From Thecamonas trahens ATCC 50062 (lineage: Eukaryota; Protista; Apusomonadida): 64,000 bases of DNA. The number at the start of each line of letters is the position of its first letter. Within the stretch, counting starts at the first letter, position 1. The notes under the pieces are model-generated. The model was not told the DNA's origin. It saw only the letters and a list, made by a program, of their open reading frames with translations, and searched no databases. Of this stretch, positions 10,853 through 21,692 are shown piece after piece. The stretch covers positions 124,001-188,000 of the forward strand of contig NW_013657649.1 in assembly GCF_000142905.1 (NCBI RefSeq), in the 5' to 3' direction. Made by a program: the position numbers and the translations under genes.

Positions 10853-13800
10853 AGAAGGAGGAGCGTCAGGGAGTGGGAGACACAGTGGTGCCGGGTGTGT
10901 CGCGGAAGATGGAGAAGGAGCATGGGACGGGGCGGCCGCCGAGCTCGCGACTTGGCTCCAGATGCAGGCGGCGTCGACGGTGGCGGGACAACCTCGCGAG
11001 CGTGAAGGGTGAGAAGCTCGGCGCGGGCGGCATGGGTTGCCAGTCCGAGACGAGCAGCCTCAAGGCGTGTGACCATGTCAAGGAGCATCCTGGCCGGTGA
11101 GGCGGCGCTTGACAGCGGATCCGCAAGTGTTCCAAGGGTATTGACGGCAATGACAAGGTCAACACGAGCACGCTCGAGGCTCCGTGCCAGCTCGGCTCGG
11201 CTCGTTGCGTGCACATCGGCAAGCTCCTGCAGTCGTCTCTGGCCCGTAGAGACTGAGACGGCAGCGGCAGCCTCGGCACTCTCGCACGCTGTTAAAAAGT
11301 GAGCCGGAAGCAGACGTGCCAGCGCAGGCTTGGCAACAGTGCGGACACGGTCCCAGATTGACGCCAGCGTACGCAGCTCGGTGTCAAGCGCTGACAGCTC
11401 GAGCGAGGTCTCGGCGAGAATGCGGTCGAGTGATGCAACAGCGACAGCAACCTGAACAGCGCCCGCGTCAACATTGTCGCTTGAGAACACAAGGTCCTCG
11501 TAGATGCGGGTGACATCGGCCTCATGGGTGGCGGCGATATCGTCAGCCTCGGTGGCAACGTTGTCCAAGATAGCAAGGCGCTCGCGGGCTGATGCCTGAA
11601 GTGCATCGGCGGCCGCGCCTTCAATAGCGGCGACGGCATCTCGAATGGAGGCAAGGGTCGCGAGGCGCGAGTCTGGAGAGTGGTCTCCGCAGCTTGCAGC
11701 GTGAAGCAGTGACTCTGCGGCACTGTGCCGGAGACAGAGTGCACGGCGGTAGGTGGTGACAAGGGCCTCAGCAAGCTCCTCCATGCATGACCGTATTGCG
11801 GTGGACTTGTCTTGCAGTTGCTGTGAGCCTGGCGCCATCAGCGGCGCAACAAAGGTCTCATGAAGCTTTTCGAGGCGCGACGTCCATCCAGACCGAGCCT
11901 GGGTGCCTAGGCTCGCGCTGATCTCCTCCAGCGCGGCTTCGGCAACTCTGCGAAGTTTGGCCTGGGCGGCAAGTGCGTCGCACTCTAGATCTGCAAGTGC
12001 TGTCAATCGCCACCGGATGGAAGCAAGGACCTCAGTAAGCGACGTTGTCTCAAACGAGGTGAAGAGCTCCACCTCGAGGGCCAGTGACGCCTGGTGAAGC
12101 TCCAACAGCGGCTCGGCAGCATGGCCCATGCTGCGCGTGCTCCCGACAGCTGTTTGCACTTGGGCTGCAGCAGCCCGATGGTCAGCCACGAGCTCTGCAT
12201 TGGCGAGCCCAAGCTGGATGCGCTTGGTGTGGATGGCGGCCATACTCCAGTGGGCTTCGTGTGAAGAGCTGAAAAGTGCGCGGACCTCGGCCTCACGGCG
12301 GGCTTGCTCGGCTTCGGCCGAATCGAGGAGAGCGGCGCGGCCGGCATCGGTGCGGGCTGCAAGCTCACAGACCTTGGCCTCGAGGCGAGCTGAGTCGATG
12401 ATCCCGGAATTGTGAGCCTGTTTGGCCTCAGCGACGTCGACGCACTGGGCAGCAAGTAGATCAAGGACGCCAGACTGGGCATGGAGCGAGGTCACGAGAG
12501 CTGTCTCTCTGGCCACCACCTCAAGATGTGTTGCATCAGCAGCGTGGAAAGCATCGATGACTGCGCGGACGTGTGGCGAGAGTGTCGAGGCCGAGGTCTG
12601 TCCTCCAGCGTTAAAAACGACGCTGCGCTCGCGTCGGTGGCGGGCCCGGAGAGTGTCAAGCTCGGCCGCGTGCTGTGCGCGCAGGGTGTCCAGTGCTGAT
12701 GCCGCCTGTTCCTCGGCAGCATGTTGCGCGAGTGCACGCCGCCACTGCACATCGGTGGTGTTGGGAGTGGGAAGCGAGGCAGACGCCGCAGCAGCGGCGA
12801 CGCGGATCTCGTGCGCAGCACTATCGACAGCGGCAGCGTCAAAAGTTTTCGCAGCAGCAGCAGCGGACTTGTTTCGCAGCTCGACAAGCTCGGCGGCGTG
12901 AACCTGGCGCAAGTCGGTGAGTTCCTTCTCGTGGACCAGAAGCATGGCCCGGCTTGCCGGGTCGACGTACTCGCGCCAAGAGAGCAGGTACGGCGAGAGC
13001 GATGAAGGCACGGTAGTCTGCTCAGAGTCCAGCGGTTCGATGCTCACGCTTGCTGGGTTGACAAAGAGCCCGTGCTTGGGCTGACACTCAAAGTAGCGGA
13101 CGCCGTCCACCGAGCCATCATTCTTGCCAAGCGGCTTGTCGAGGGTGAGGCCCAGCCAGGTACCGGATCTGCCGTTCACCGGCCCCAAATACGACACCGT
13201 AGCGGCTAGTGCATCGGCGACTCGGACTCGCGACCCGGGCGCAGGCAGTTGTGGCCTCTCGAGCGTGAGTGTCGATTCAGGTGCAGAACGGATAGGAGAT
13301 GATGTGGTTGAGAGCGAGTCGGAGAGCGAGATGCTGATCGGTGAGCGATGGACTCCGGGCTGGTTCTTCTCGAGCACAATAGCAACTACGTCGGGCTCGA
13401 TCGGATCCGACGGAGACGGCGATGGCGACAAAGACAGTGACGGAGAGAGTGGCACGGAAGGAGGCGGAGAGAGGCGTGCATGCGGCTGCAATTGCTGGGT
13501 TGGATGGACGCGAACAGGTGCTGGCCGACCCGCCGCAACAACGGTAGATGCTGGCGGGCTAGCGATCAGTAGGCTTGCTGGTGGCGGACTTGAATGAGCC
13601 GATATGGGGTCTACAAGCCTCAGAGCATCCATTTGCACCAGCAGCCCGTGGTTCGGCTGGGCATCAAAGTACCGCTTGCCGGCGTACCAGCCATCGCAGT
13701 TGCCAGCCGGCTCGTCAAGGACGACGCCAGCCCAGCGACCTGCCAGCTTGCGGACCTTGCCACGGAACACGAGTCTGCCGTGGAGCACATAACCGTCTAG

Positions 13801-13983
13801 ATCCACCAGAACCCGTGCGCCCAGAGGTAGCGCTCGCTCCTCGTCCCCGTCCTGCGAGCGTGTCGACTCGCGTGGCGCGCCGCCGCTCGCGCCACGGCTG
13901 CGACGGGAGCGCGCCCGACCTCCCGCCTCCGACAAGCGGCTCCTCCTGTGACCTCCATGCCCTCCCCTCACCCTGACAGGCAT
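10849..13983 (-). CDS. Tandem CAP-Gly domain + coiled-coil protein (CLIP-170-like); probably the 5' part of the formin gene
   Basis: CAP-Gly1 GRWAGVVLDEPAGNCDGWYAGKRYF...HGLLV and CAP-Gly2 GTWLGLTLDKPLGKNDGSVDGVRYFECQPKHGLFV. Likely ATG at 13983 (MPVRVRGG). Confidence 0.88.
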   Translation of the reverse strand: MPVRVRGGHGGHRRSRLSEAGGRARSRRSRGASGGAPRESTRSQDGDEERALPLGARVLVDLDGYVLHGRLVFRGKVRKLAGRWAGVVLDEPAGNCDGWYAGKRYFDAQPNHGLLVQMDALRLVDPISAHSSPPPASLLIASPPASTVVAAGRPAPVRVHPTQQLQPHARLSPPPSVPLSPSLSLSPSPSPSDPIEPDVVAIVLEKNQPGVHRSPISISLSDSLSTTSSPIRSAPESTLTLERPQLPAPGSRVRVADALAATVSYLGPVNGRSGTWLGLTLDKPLGKNDGSVDGVRYFECQPKHGLFVNPASVSIEPLDSEQTTVPSSLSPYLLSWREYVDPASRAMLLVHEKELTDLRQVHAAELVELRNKSAAAAAKTFDAAAVDSAAHEIRVAAAAASASLPTPNTTDVQWRRALAQHAAEEQAASALDTLRAQHAAELDTLRARHRRERSVVFNAGGQTSASTLSPHVRAVIDAFHAADATHLEVVARETALVTSLHAQSGVLDLLAAQCVDVAEAKQAHNSGIIDSARLEAKVCELAARTDAGRAALLDSAEAEQARREAEVRALFSSSHEAHWSMAAIHTKRIQLGLANAELVADHRAAAAQVQTAVGSTRSMGHAAEPLLELHQASLALEVELFTSFETTSLTEVLASIRWRLTALADLECDALAAQAKLRRVAEAALEEISASLGTQARSGWTSRLEKLHETFVAPLMAPGSQQLQDKSTAIRSCMEELAEALVTTYRRALCLRHSAAESLLHAASCGDHSPDSRLATLASIRDAVAAIEGAAADALQASARERLAILDNVATEADDIAATHEADVTRIYEDLVFSSDNVDAGAVQVAVAVASLDRILAETSLELSALDTELRTLASIWDRVRTVAKPALARLLPAHFLTACESAEAAAAVSVSTGQRRLQELADVHATSRAELARSLERARVDLVIAVNTLGTLADPLSSAASPARMLLDMVTRLEAARLGLATHAARAELLTLHAREVVPPPSTPPASGAKSRARRPPRPMLLLHLPRHTRHHCVSHSLTLLLL

Positions 13984-14411
13984 GGCTAGGCCCTTGCTGC
14001 GTCTCAATGCTAGACAAGTCGTGTCTCTCGCCTCTCGCTCTCCCTTCCCTGTCGCCCCCCCCCCCCGTCGGCGCCCACAGCGCCACGCCTGACGTACGTT
14101 GGCGGCAACCTTGTCCGAACGCAGGATGACGCCGACGATGACCATCACCATACCCATCGCCATGACCATCAGCATGCGATCACGAGCAAGATCTTCACCA
14201 TACCGCAGCATACCCATTCGCAACGCTTGCGAGCACATCTATATTCCCATCAACCCGTCCAAACGTCCATCAGTGGCTGCACTCAGACCGCAGTGTTGGC
14301 CCGGAGCCAGTGCCCGCCTCCCCAAGCCCAGAGGCAGGAGTGGACAAGTCGAGAGGGGAAAGGGCCACCGGGCCACGGCACACGGCACCTCACTGCCCAT
14401 AGAAGGAGAAC

Positions 14412-17400
14412 ATGGGCTCTGGGTGCAGTACCGTAGGAAGGGTACAGGGCGAACATGGTGAGGGAGGGCTGGCGTCGCCAAGAATGGAGGCTGTGGGTGT
14501 GAGTGGGGCTGGCGGTGGCGGGTGGGGCCGACATGGCTTTGGCGTCGGAGGCCGAGGACGGCAGACACCACGGCGGGTAGTGTCTCCAGGACGGCGGAGT
14601 GCTGGCGACTGGGAAGCGGCGGCAGAAGTGGGCTTGCCTGTCGGTGATCTGCAAGGCACTGTGCTGCGCGAAGCTCTCAATCACCCGGCCCACAAGCGCG
14701 AGCTCGCCATCAAGCGGCCGCAGTTCAATCCCAAGCTCGATCTGGCGTCGCAGCTTGCGTCCGAGGGCGGATGGCGGGTGGTCCACGTCTTTGTCTCGTC
14801 AACTTTTCGTGACTTTCACGGCGAGCGCGATGTGCTCACTCGCATTGTGTTTCCCAAGGTCAATGAGGCTGCCCGCTCGCGGCGAGTCCGCCTCATTCCC
14901 ATCGATCTCCGCTGGGGCCTCACTGAGGAGGACACGTCGACCGAGGGCAAGGGTGCGCTTCAGCTGTGCTTTGAGGACATCGATCGGTCGCGCGGTATGT
15001 TTATGGTCCTGCTCGGCGAGCGCTACGGATGGATTCCGCCGATGTACAAGGTGCTCTCCAAGCCGTACCTCGAGTTTGTCTCCAAGTACGCGCCGGGCAA
15101 GTCGATCACCGAGATGGAGGTGCTGTACGGCTTTCTCGCCAAGCCCAACGAGCCGTGCCACGCCGCGGCGTTCTTCCGCGACCCGTCGTTTCTGGACAAG
15201 GTGTCTGCCGACGACCAGGCGGTGTTTGTGGAGAGCGACCACGAGTCGACGCGCAAGCTGCGGCTGCTGAAGGAGACCATTTTTGAGTCGAACCGGTGCC
15301 ACGTGGTCCGATCATACCCAGCCGAGTACGATCGGTCGTTGGTGGCGCCCAACTCTGCCCAAATCCTGCTCAAGGGCCTCGATGTGTTTGAGGCGGCGGC
15401 GTATCAGTGGCTGTGGGGCATTGTGCAGGCTGAGTTTCCGCGAGTCCACATGCCGCGAGTAGAAGCGCTCCCGCGCTTCCACATGCTCGAGACGCTGCAG
15501 GAGCGTGCCGAACGCGACATGGCCGAACGGCTGTTTGGCCGGCGGAACGAGCTGTCGCTCCTGGAAAAGTACCTCGACGGCAACCATGCGCTGGCGACGA
15601 CGGCGTACGCCAAAGCGTCGGGGGCGGCGACGGCGACGGTGGTGTCGTCGATGGCGACCTCCGAGCCGACACTCAACACCGCGCCGCCGCCGCAGCTGGC
15701 GGTGCTCTCGCGGATTTCCAAGAAAACCTTTTCGTCGATGATCCACATGCAGACACCGTCGCGGCAGAGCTCCGAGGCCGAGCTGGCGTCGGCGGGCTGC
15801 TCGGCCGAGCTTTCGCCGCAGCCGTGGTCGGACGAGACCATTTCGGCAGCGATGGCGTCGTTTGCGTCGCGCTCGCAGCGCGGCAATGGTGGGCAGAGCC
15901 GGCGGCCTGGCATTCTGTCGTGGCCGAAGCGGATGGTGCCGCTGGTAGTTGTCGGCCAGCCAGGTGTGGGCAAGTCCGCCCTACTGGCGACGGGCGTTCT
16001 GGCGTGGCCGGTCAAGTTCCATGGTTCGCTCATCATCCGCTACTTTGTGGGTGCGACTGCAGTCTCACACTCCCTCCGCTTCATGCTAGAGTACCTCTGC
16101 ACTCGGCTTGCCGAGTATCTCGCGGCCGAGGCGCCGGCCAAGTCGAGCGAGGCCCTGTTTGCATCGCGGCTGCTGGCAGCGAGCGCACTCTCGCTCTGCC
16201 CGCACGAGCGGCTGCGGCGACTGTTTGCCCAGCTGCTGGAGCGGGCCGCCAAGACGGCCAGGCTTGTCGTCGTTGTCGTCGACGGCCTCTCGAACCTCTC
16301 GCAGGTGGAGCACGACTTCTCGGCGTCGCGACTGGTCTCGTGGATTCCGCCCGAGCTTCCGAGCAACGCTCGGCTCATTGTCTCTGTCTCGACCTTCTCC
16401 ACACAGCTGCTTGCCGAGCTTGACCAGCTCGAGGTACTTGCGCTGCCGCTCACGCCTCTCCGTCGCAAGTACACGGTCAACTTTGTGCGGTCGTTCCTGC
16501 AAGAGTACTGCAAGCGGCTCGACGAGCAGGAGACCAACGACCAGATGGCCATGCTCCTCACCAAGTCGGACATCCATAAGCCTCTCTACATCCAGCTCGC
16601 CATCCACGAAATGCGGGTCTTTGGCGTGTACGAGGACCTCTCCAACTTTATCTCCACCATTCCGCCGACCATCCCACGGGTCTTTGACTCTGTCCTGCAG
16701 CGGATCGAGGTCGACGTTGGCCCGCATCTTGTTGCCCTGTTTGTGACGTACGTGGCCATCGCTCGGCTCGGCCTGACCGAGGACCAGCTGTTGCACCTGC
16801 TTGCGCCGGCGTGGTCGTCGTCGGTCCCTTTCCACGGACGTGCGCTCTTTGACTCGACCCAGACCGGCCAGCAGCTGCTGCCACGGTCGGCGTGGTCACG
16901 GGTCCACTCTGCGCTGCGGCTCTTTCTCACCGAGCTTGAGACCGACGCCAAGGTCTCGCCGCTCACTTTTCTGTACTCGGAGCTGCGCGTTGCGGCACGA
17001 CGGCGATACCTTTGCGTGTGCGAGTCGAGCTGCGAGCTCTTCCTCGCAGGCTCGTACTGCCCGCACCTCCAGCCGGGCTGGTTGGTGGGGTGGCGACGGA
17101 AGGACGGCAAGTACCACTCACGGCTGGGCGAGTTCCTCGAGGCCGAAGCCTCGCTGGCCGTGGTCTTTGAGTGGTACGCGACGTGTCGAGCCACGGGTGC
17201 GCCGCCGTCGATGGCTCTTATTGGCGTCCACCCGTCCGACGTCGGCTCGGCGCTAGGCCGGCGCCCGGTGCCGGACATGGCGGATCCGTCGTCGGTTCGG
17301 ACACTCGGCCTCCCTCTCTCCATCCAGCGTGCGCTCTCGGAAGTTGTCTACCACTACACAATGGCTATGGACTGGCCGCGGATTACCGAGCTCCTCTCGG

Positions 17401-20400
17401 ACGTGAGGTACCTGTTTCTCAAGATCGGCTCGGGCCAGCTTCTCCTCCTCCTGCAAGACTTTGTCACTGCACTTCAGGTTCTTACCTCGCTGTACTCGCG
17501 GGCGCAGTCGCGCGAGCGGACGCGTGCGCTGGAGGAGTGGATCCTCCAGCTGGAGCAGACCCAGTTTCTGGTCCTCCTCCACCAGGCGGCGCTGGAGGAG
17601 TTTCCCTGCCTCACGCTGCAGGTCTTTGCGCATCTCGCTGTGGCATATGACCCGTCATCACCAGGCGTGGAGCCAAGTGGGGCGCGTCGAGTCCCGCATG
17701 GCTCGTCAGTCGACCAGCAGGCAATGCGCAAGCTTGGGCAGGTGCTCTCGCGGGAGGCGACGTCGTACCTGCGCGCGACCGAGCTGCCGCACCTGGTGCT
17801 CCTCGACCGGGCGCGCGGGACGACGGTGCTCGAACTTCCTGCGCCTGTGGCGCTGTGGTCGTCAACAGCCTCGATCCACGCCCAAGTTATGGACCACGTT
17901 GACGGGCAGGTTGCGGGGCTGGCGTCAACCTCATTTCCGCAGGCGTGGGCCAAGTCGTCGGGCTCGGACCTCGGGCGGCGGTCGTCGCGATTGCTGCGGC
18001 GGTCGATGGCCGGGCGCGAGACGGCCCCGCCGATGTCGGTCGTCTCGATGCCGCCGGGATGCGTGGTGAAGCGGGCGGCGCTGGCATGGGACGAGACATC
18101 TGTTCTCGCCTTTGACCAGGCCGGCGCTATGCACATTCTCTCGCTGGCGTCGCGGTCTGTGACGCGGTCGCAGCACCTCTACCATCACTCGTTTTCGCAA
18201 GTGAGGTCCAAGGTGACAGCACTGGCGGTCTCAAAGTCGACACCTGCCTCGATGGACATGCCGCACTTTATGGTGACCGGTGGCGTGCGGTACGATCTCG
18301 GTGGCGAGATCATTGTGTGGCGGCGTGGCATGGAGTGGTCATGCTTCCCGGTGGCCAAGGCCTCGTTTGAGGCGCACGAAGGCGGGCGGGTACAGACCAT
18401 CCATGTGGCGGCCGACTCCCAATCGTTTGTAGTCTCAACCGGCATGCGGCTGACAGCGTCAGACGGGTCCGGCGTCGGCGTCCGTGGCGTCTTTGTCTTT
18501 GCTGTCGACCAGCGAATGTTCCGGCCGGGTGCCGGCTCGCATTCGTCGCCGTTGGACCCGGCGTCAGGCCACGAGACTGGCGGCGGTGTGGGCGCAGTGC
18601 CGCTGGCGCGCGGCGTTTCGGCTGAAGTTCTCCCGGACCGCGCGACGACACCGCTTGGCCAGGGCTCGCCGACTGGCTCGTCGACAGGGGGGCTGGGTTC
18701 GGGCGGCACACCGGGCCTCAACATTCTTGTACCGGTAGTGGCGGCAATCGACACGCCCCAGCTGGGCATTGTGCTCACGATTGCAGCCCTGCCGGATGAC
18801 TCGATCATGTTTATGGGCGACGACTCGGGTCGGGTGGTTGCCACCACGCGGTGGCTCGACGCGCAGCTCTCGGCAGTGACGGTGGCGTCGGGGCGGAGCG
18901 TCGGCATTTCCGCGCTCCGACTTGCGGAAGCGTGTAAGGTTCCGGGTCCGCCGCTCAAATCTGGACGGGTTCTTCTTGCTGTCGGATGCACTGATGGCAG
19001 CGCGCACGTGGTGATGTACACGGCGCCGCAGCAGAGCTTTCAGGTTCTGTTTTCTGTCGAGGCGCATGACGACGTGGTGGCCGACTGCTGCCTGCTGGCC
19101 GGCCACCTTGTGTCGTCGGGCGTCGACGACTCGTTCAAGGTGTGGACGCTGACCGATGGGTCTGGCGGCGGCAAGTACGTGCCGTGGGGTGAGAGCATGG
19201 CCGCGCGGTTCGGCGAGCCTGCACGACCGTGCGACGACGATCCGTTGGACTTTGACCTTGTGGCGACCGAGGCCATGATGGACGCGTTTCTGCAGGCGAG
19301 TAGCATGCGGGTCCTCCACTCGCGGCAGTGCTTACTGCTGGCGAACCACTGCATGCACATCTCGTCAAAAGGCGAGCTTATTCTGGTGGGCAATCGCGGA
19401 ACGCTGCTGTTCGGCCTGTGGCAGGAAGTCATTCATGAGGCCATGCGGGCGCCACTGGTTCGCGAGCTCTCCAACGCGGTCGACCTGGACGAGCACGATC
19501 TCGACTCGAGCGTGCTGCTTGCGAGCCGGCGGGTCAGTATCGAAAAAGTGCTCAACACGGCTGCAGCGCAGTCGTCGCGGCTAGCGTTTGCGCCAGACTC
19601 GTCGGCAGCGGCGGCGGCGATCGAGAGCGGCAGGGCGCGCCAGCGGCCAATTGTTCGCGTTTGGCACTTTGGCGCGACTAGCGCCAGCACCGAAACTCAA
19701 CCGGCGTCCCAAGAGGAGACCCGGCCGCAGCTGTGGGTGGTCAACTTGCGCGGGCACACAGCGCCGATCCTTGTGGTGCAGTTCTTTTGGCTGAGCGGCC
19801 AGGACAAGCGCCTGGGCCTGTTCACGGCAGCAATGGATCACACGGCGCGGATCTGGGACGCAGTGAGCTCTCAGCCGCTGGTGGTGGTGGAGAATGGGCC
19901 GTCGCTGATGGTGCCGTGGACCGGGCGAATGCTGGACAATGGCAACATGGGCGCGATGTGGTCATGGGAGGCGGTCGAGTCCGAGTCGACATCGATGGGC
20001 ACATCGACGTCGTCAGGCACCTCACTGCCTGTGCCCGAAGGAGCGGCCGACAATGGAGGCGAATTGAGCTCTGGCTCATCACGGCTCTCGGACTCGACAT
20101 CGTCGGCGGACTGCGATGACCAGTTTAGCGCGTCAGAAGCGACACTTCGGCTCCAGCCCGGTCTCCGCGGGCTTCATGGGCCGTCACTCAAGCGCAAGCT
20201 TGAAGCGCGCGGGCGGCGTGGCGGACACTACGGGGTACGTGTATTTGACGCACGACCGCCGTTTACCGGCGGGCCACGGTCGACGTTTGTGCCGCTGGGG
20301 CAGACTGTGGCGTCGTCTGTGGTCAACCTCGCGCTCATCTCGCTCGTGGACGAGGGCGGAGGCGGACAAGAAGGCGAGGTGCACATGGCGCGCGTGGGCT

Positions 20401-21418
20401 TGTCCTCAACTCGGGCGCTGTGGTTCTTGTCCGAGTCGGATGTGGGTCGCTTCCAGGCCAACCCGTGGCGAGTGTGGAGGATCAAGCGATGGTGCCTGCG
20501 CTGGAGCAGACACCACCGGACCAGCTTGTGCTCGCGGATGTGACCTGGCTGAGCCCGTCGCTGCTTGCGGTGACAATCGACGTCGTGGGGACCTGGGTCT
20601 TTGAAGTGGTGGAGGAGGGCGGAAGCGAGATGCTGCGGCTGGCGTGGTCAACAGAGAATGTTGGACGAGCTGTGTGGCTGCTGCAGCGGGGACGGCAGCT
20701 CGCGCCTGTCTTTCTGCCGGTGTTCAGCATCAAGGGCGTGCACGTGGCCGAGATGGGCCCGATGAGCGCAGCCGGAGTCGGCCGCATGGCGCGCGGACTG
20801 CGCCTCCCGCTCCCGACGCACCGGCCGATCCTCGACGCGGTGGTCTCACCGGATGGGCTGGTTGCTACAGTGGCACTAGCGTCGTCGCTCCGCGGCGCGC
20901 AGCATGCGATTGTCAACGTCTACCGGCGGCGGCCAAAGCGGCGGGTGCGGACGCGCGAGCCAAGGATCCATCGCAAGGCGCGCGCACGGGTCATTGTCCA
21001 CTCGAAGCACGGTCGGTACGCCGAATATGCGACCGGCCGGCGGGCAAGCGCGCCGCCGCGGCGCAAGTCGGCAAAGCGCTGGCGCCGCGCCCCGGTCCAC
21101 GTCATCGACCTCCTCTCTGAGCACTCGGGCGAGGAGACGGCGTCGTTCTCAATCTCAGCCGATGAAACCATCGGCTCGTCAACGTCGATCCTCTCGAGCA
21201 AGAGCGGCGGCGACCACAATGCATCGTCGTCGTCGATCGGATCGTCCTCGGGACGCGGCGTGATCGACAAGCGGGCGTGGAAGCTGCGGTACTCACTTGT
21301 GGCGCCGACCTGCGATCCGGTGGCCATGCGCATCTCGCCCGATGGGCGTCAGGTGGTAGTCCTCGGTCACAAGGGCGTGTCGTCGGTCTTGGAAATTGCT
21401 GTCCCTACCGGCACTTAG
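14412..21418 (+). CDS. DUF4062 + NACHT/STAND NTPase + degenerate WD40 protein (TEP1/NWD-like); one frameshift near 20463
   Basis: VHVFVSSTFRDFHGERDVL...IDLRWGL...LLGERYGWIP (DUF4062). Walker A GQPGVGKS and Walker B VVVVVDGL. WD repeats GHTAPIL...TAAMDHTARIWD and AHDDVV...SGVDDSFKVW. ORFs 14412-20543 and 20420-21418 join as FQANP|VASVEDQ. N-terminus is MGSGCS. Confidence 0.85.
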
Positions 21419-21692
21419 TGCTGCACCCATCCCTAAAGGTAATCCCCTGGCCACTTTACCCGTGGCCTGGCGCCAATCAAAGGCAGGGCGCTGGTCCCGT
21501 CCAAAAGGTACAATACCTTCCAAAGGCGCCGAATTCGTTTTCCAATCGTATCCAGAAAGCCGACCGTTTCGCTAAAAGAGCGACAGGCAGCAGCAGCGTG
21601 CGAGGAAAGAGGTGAAGAGACAGACACTACCAAGCGAGTGACAGCGAGTGGGCAAGTCAGAAGCAAGTCATAAGCAGACAAATCTAAAGGTG

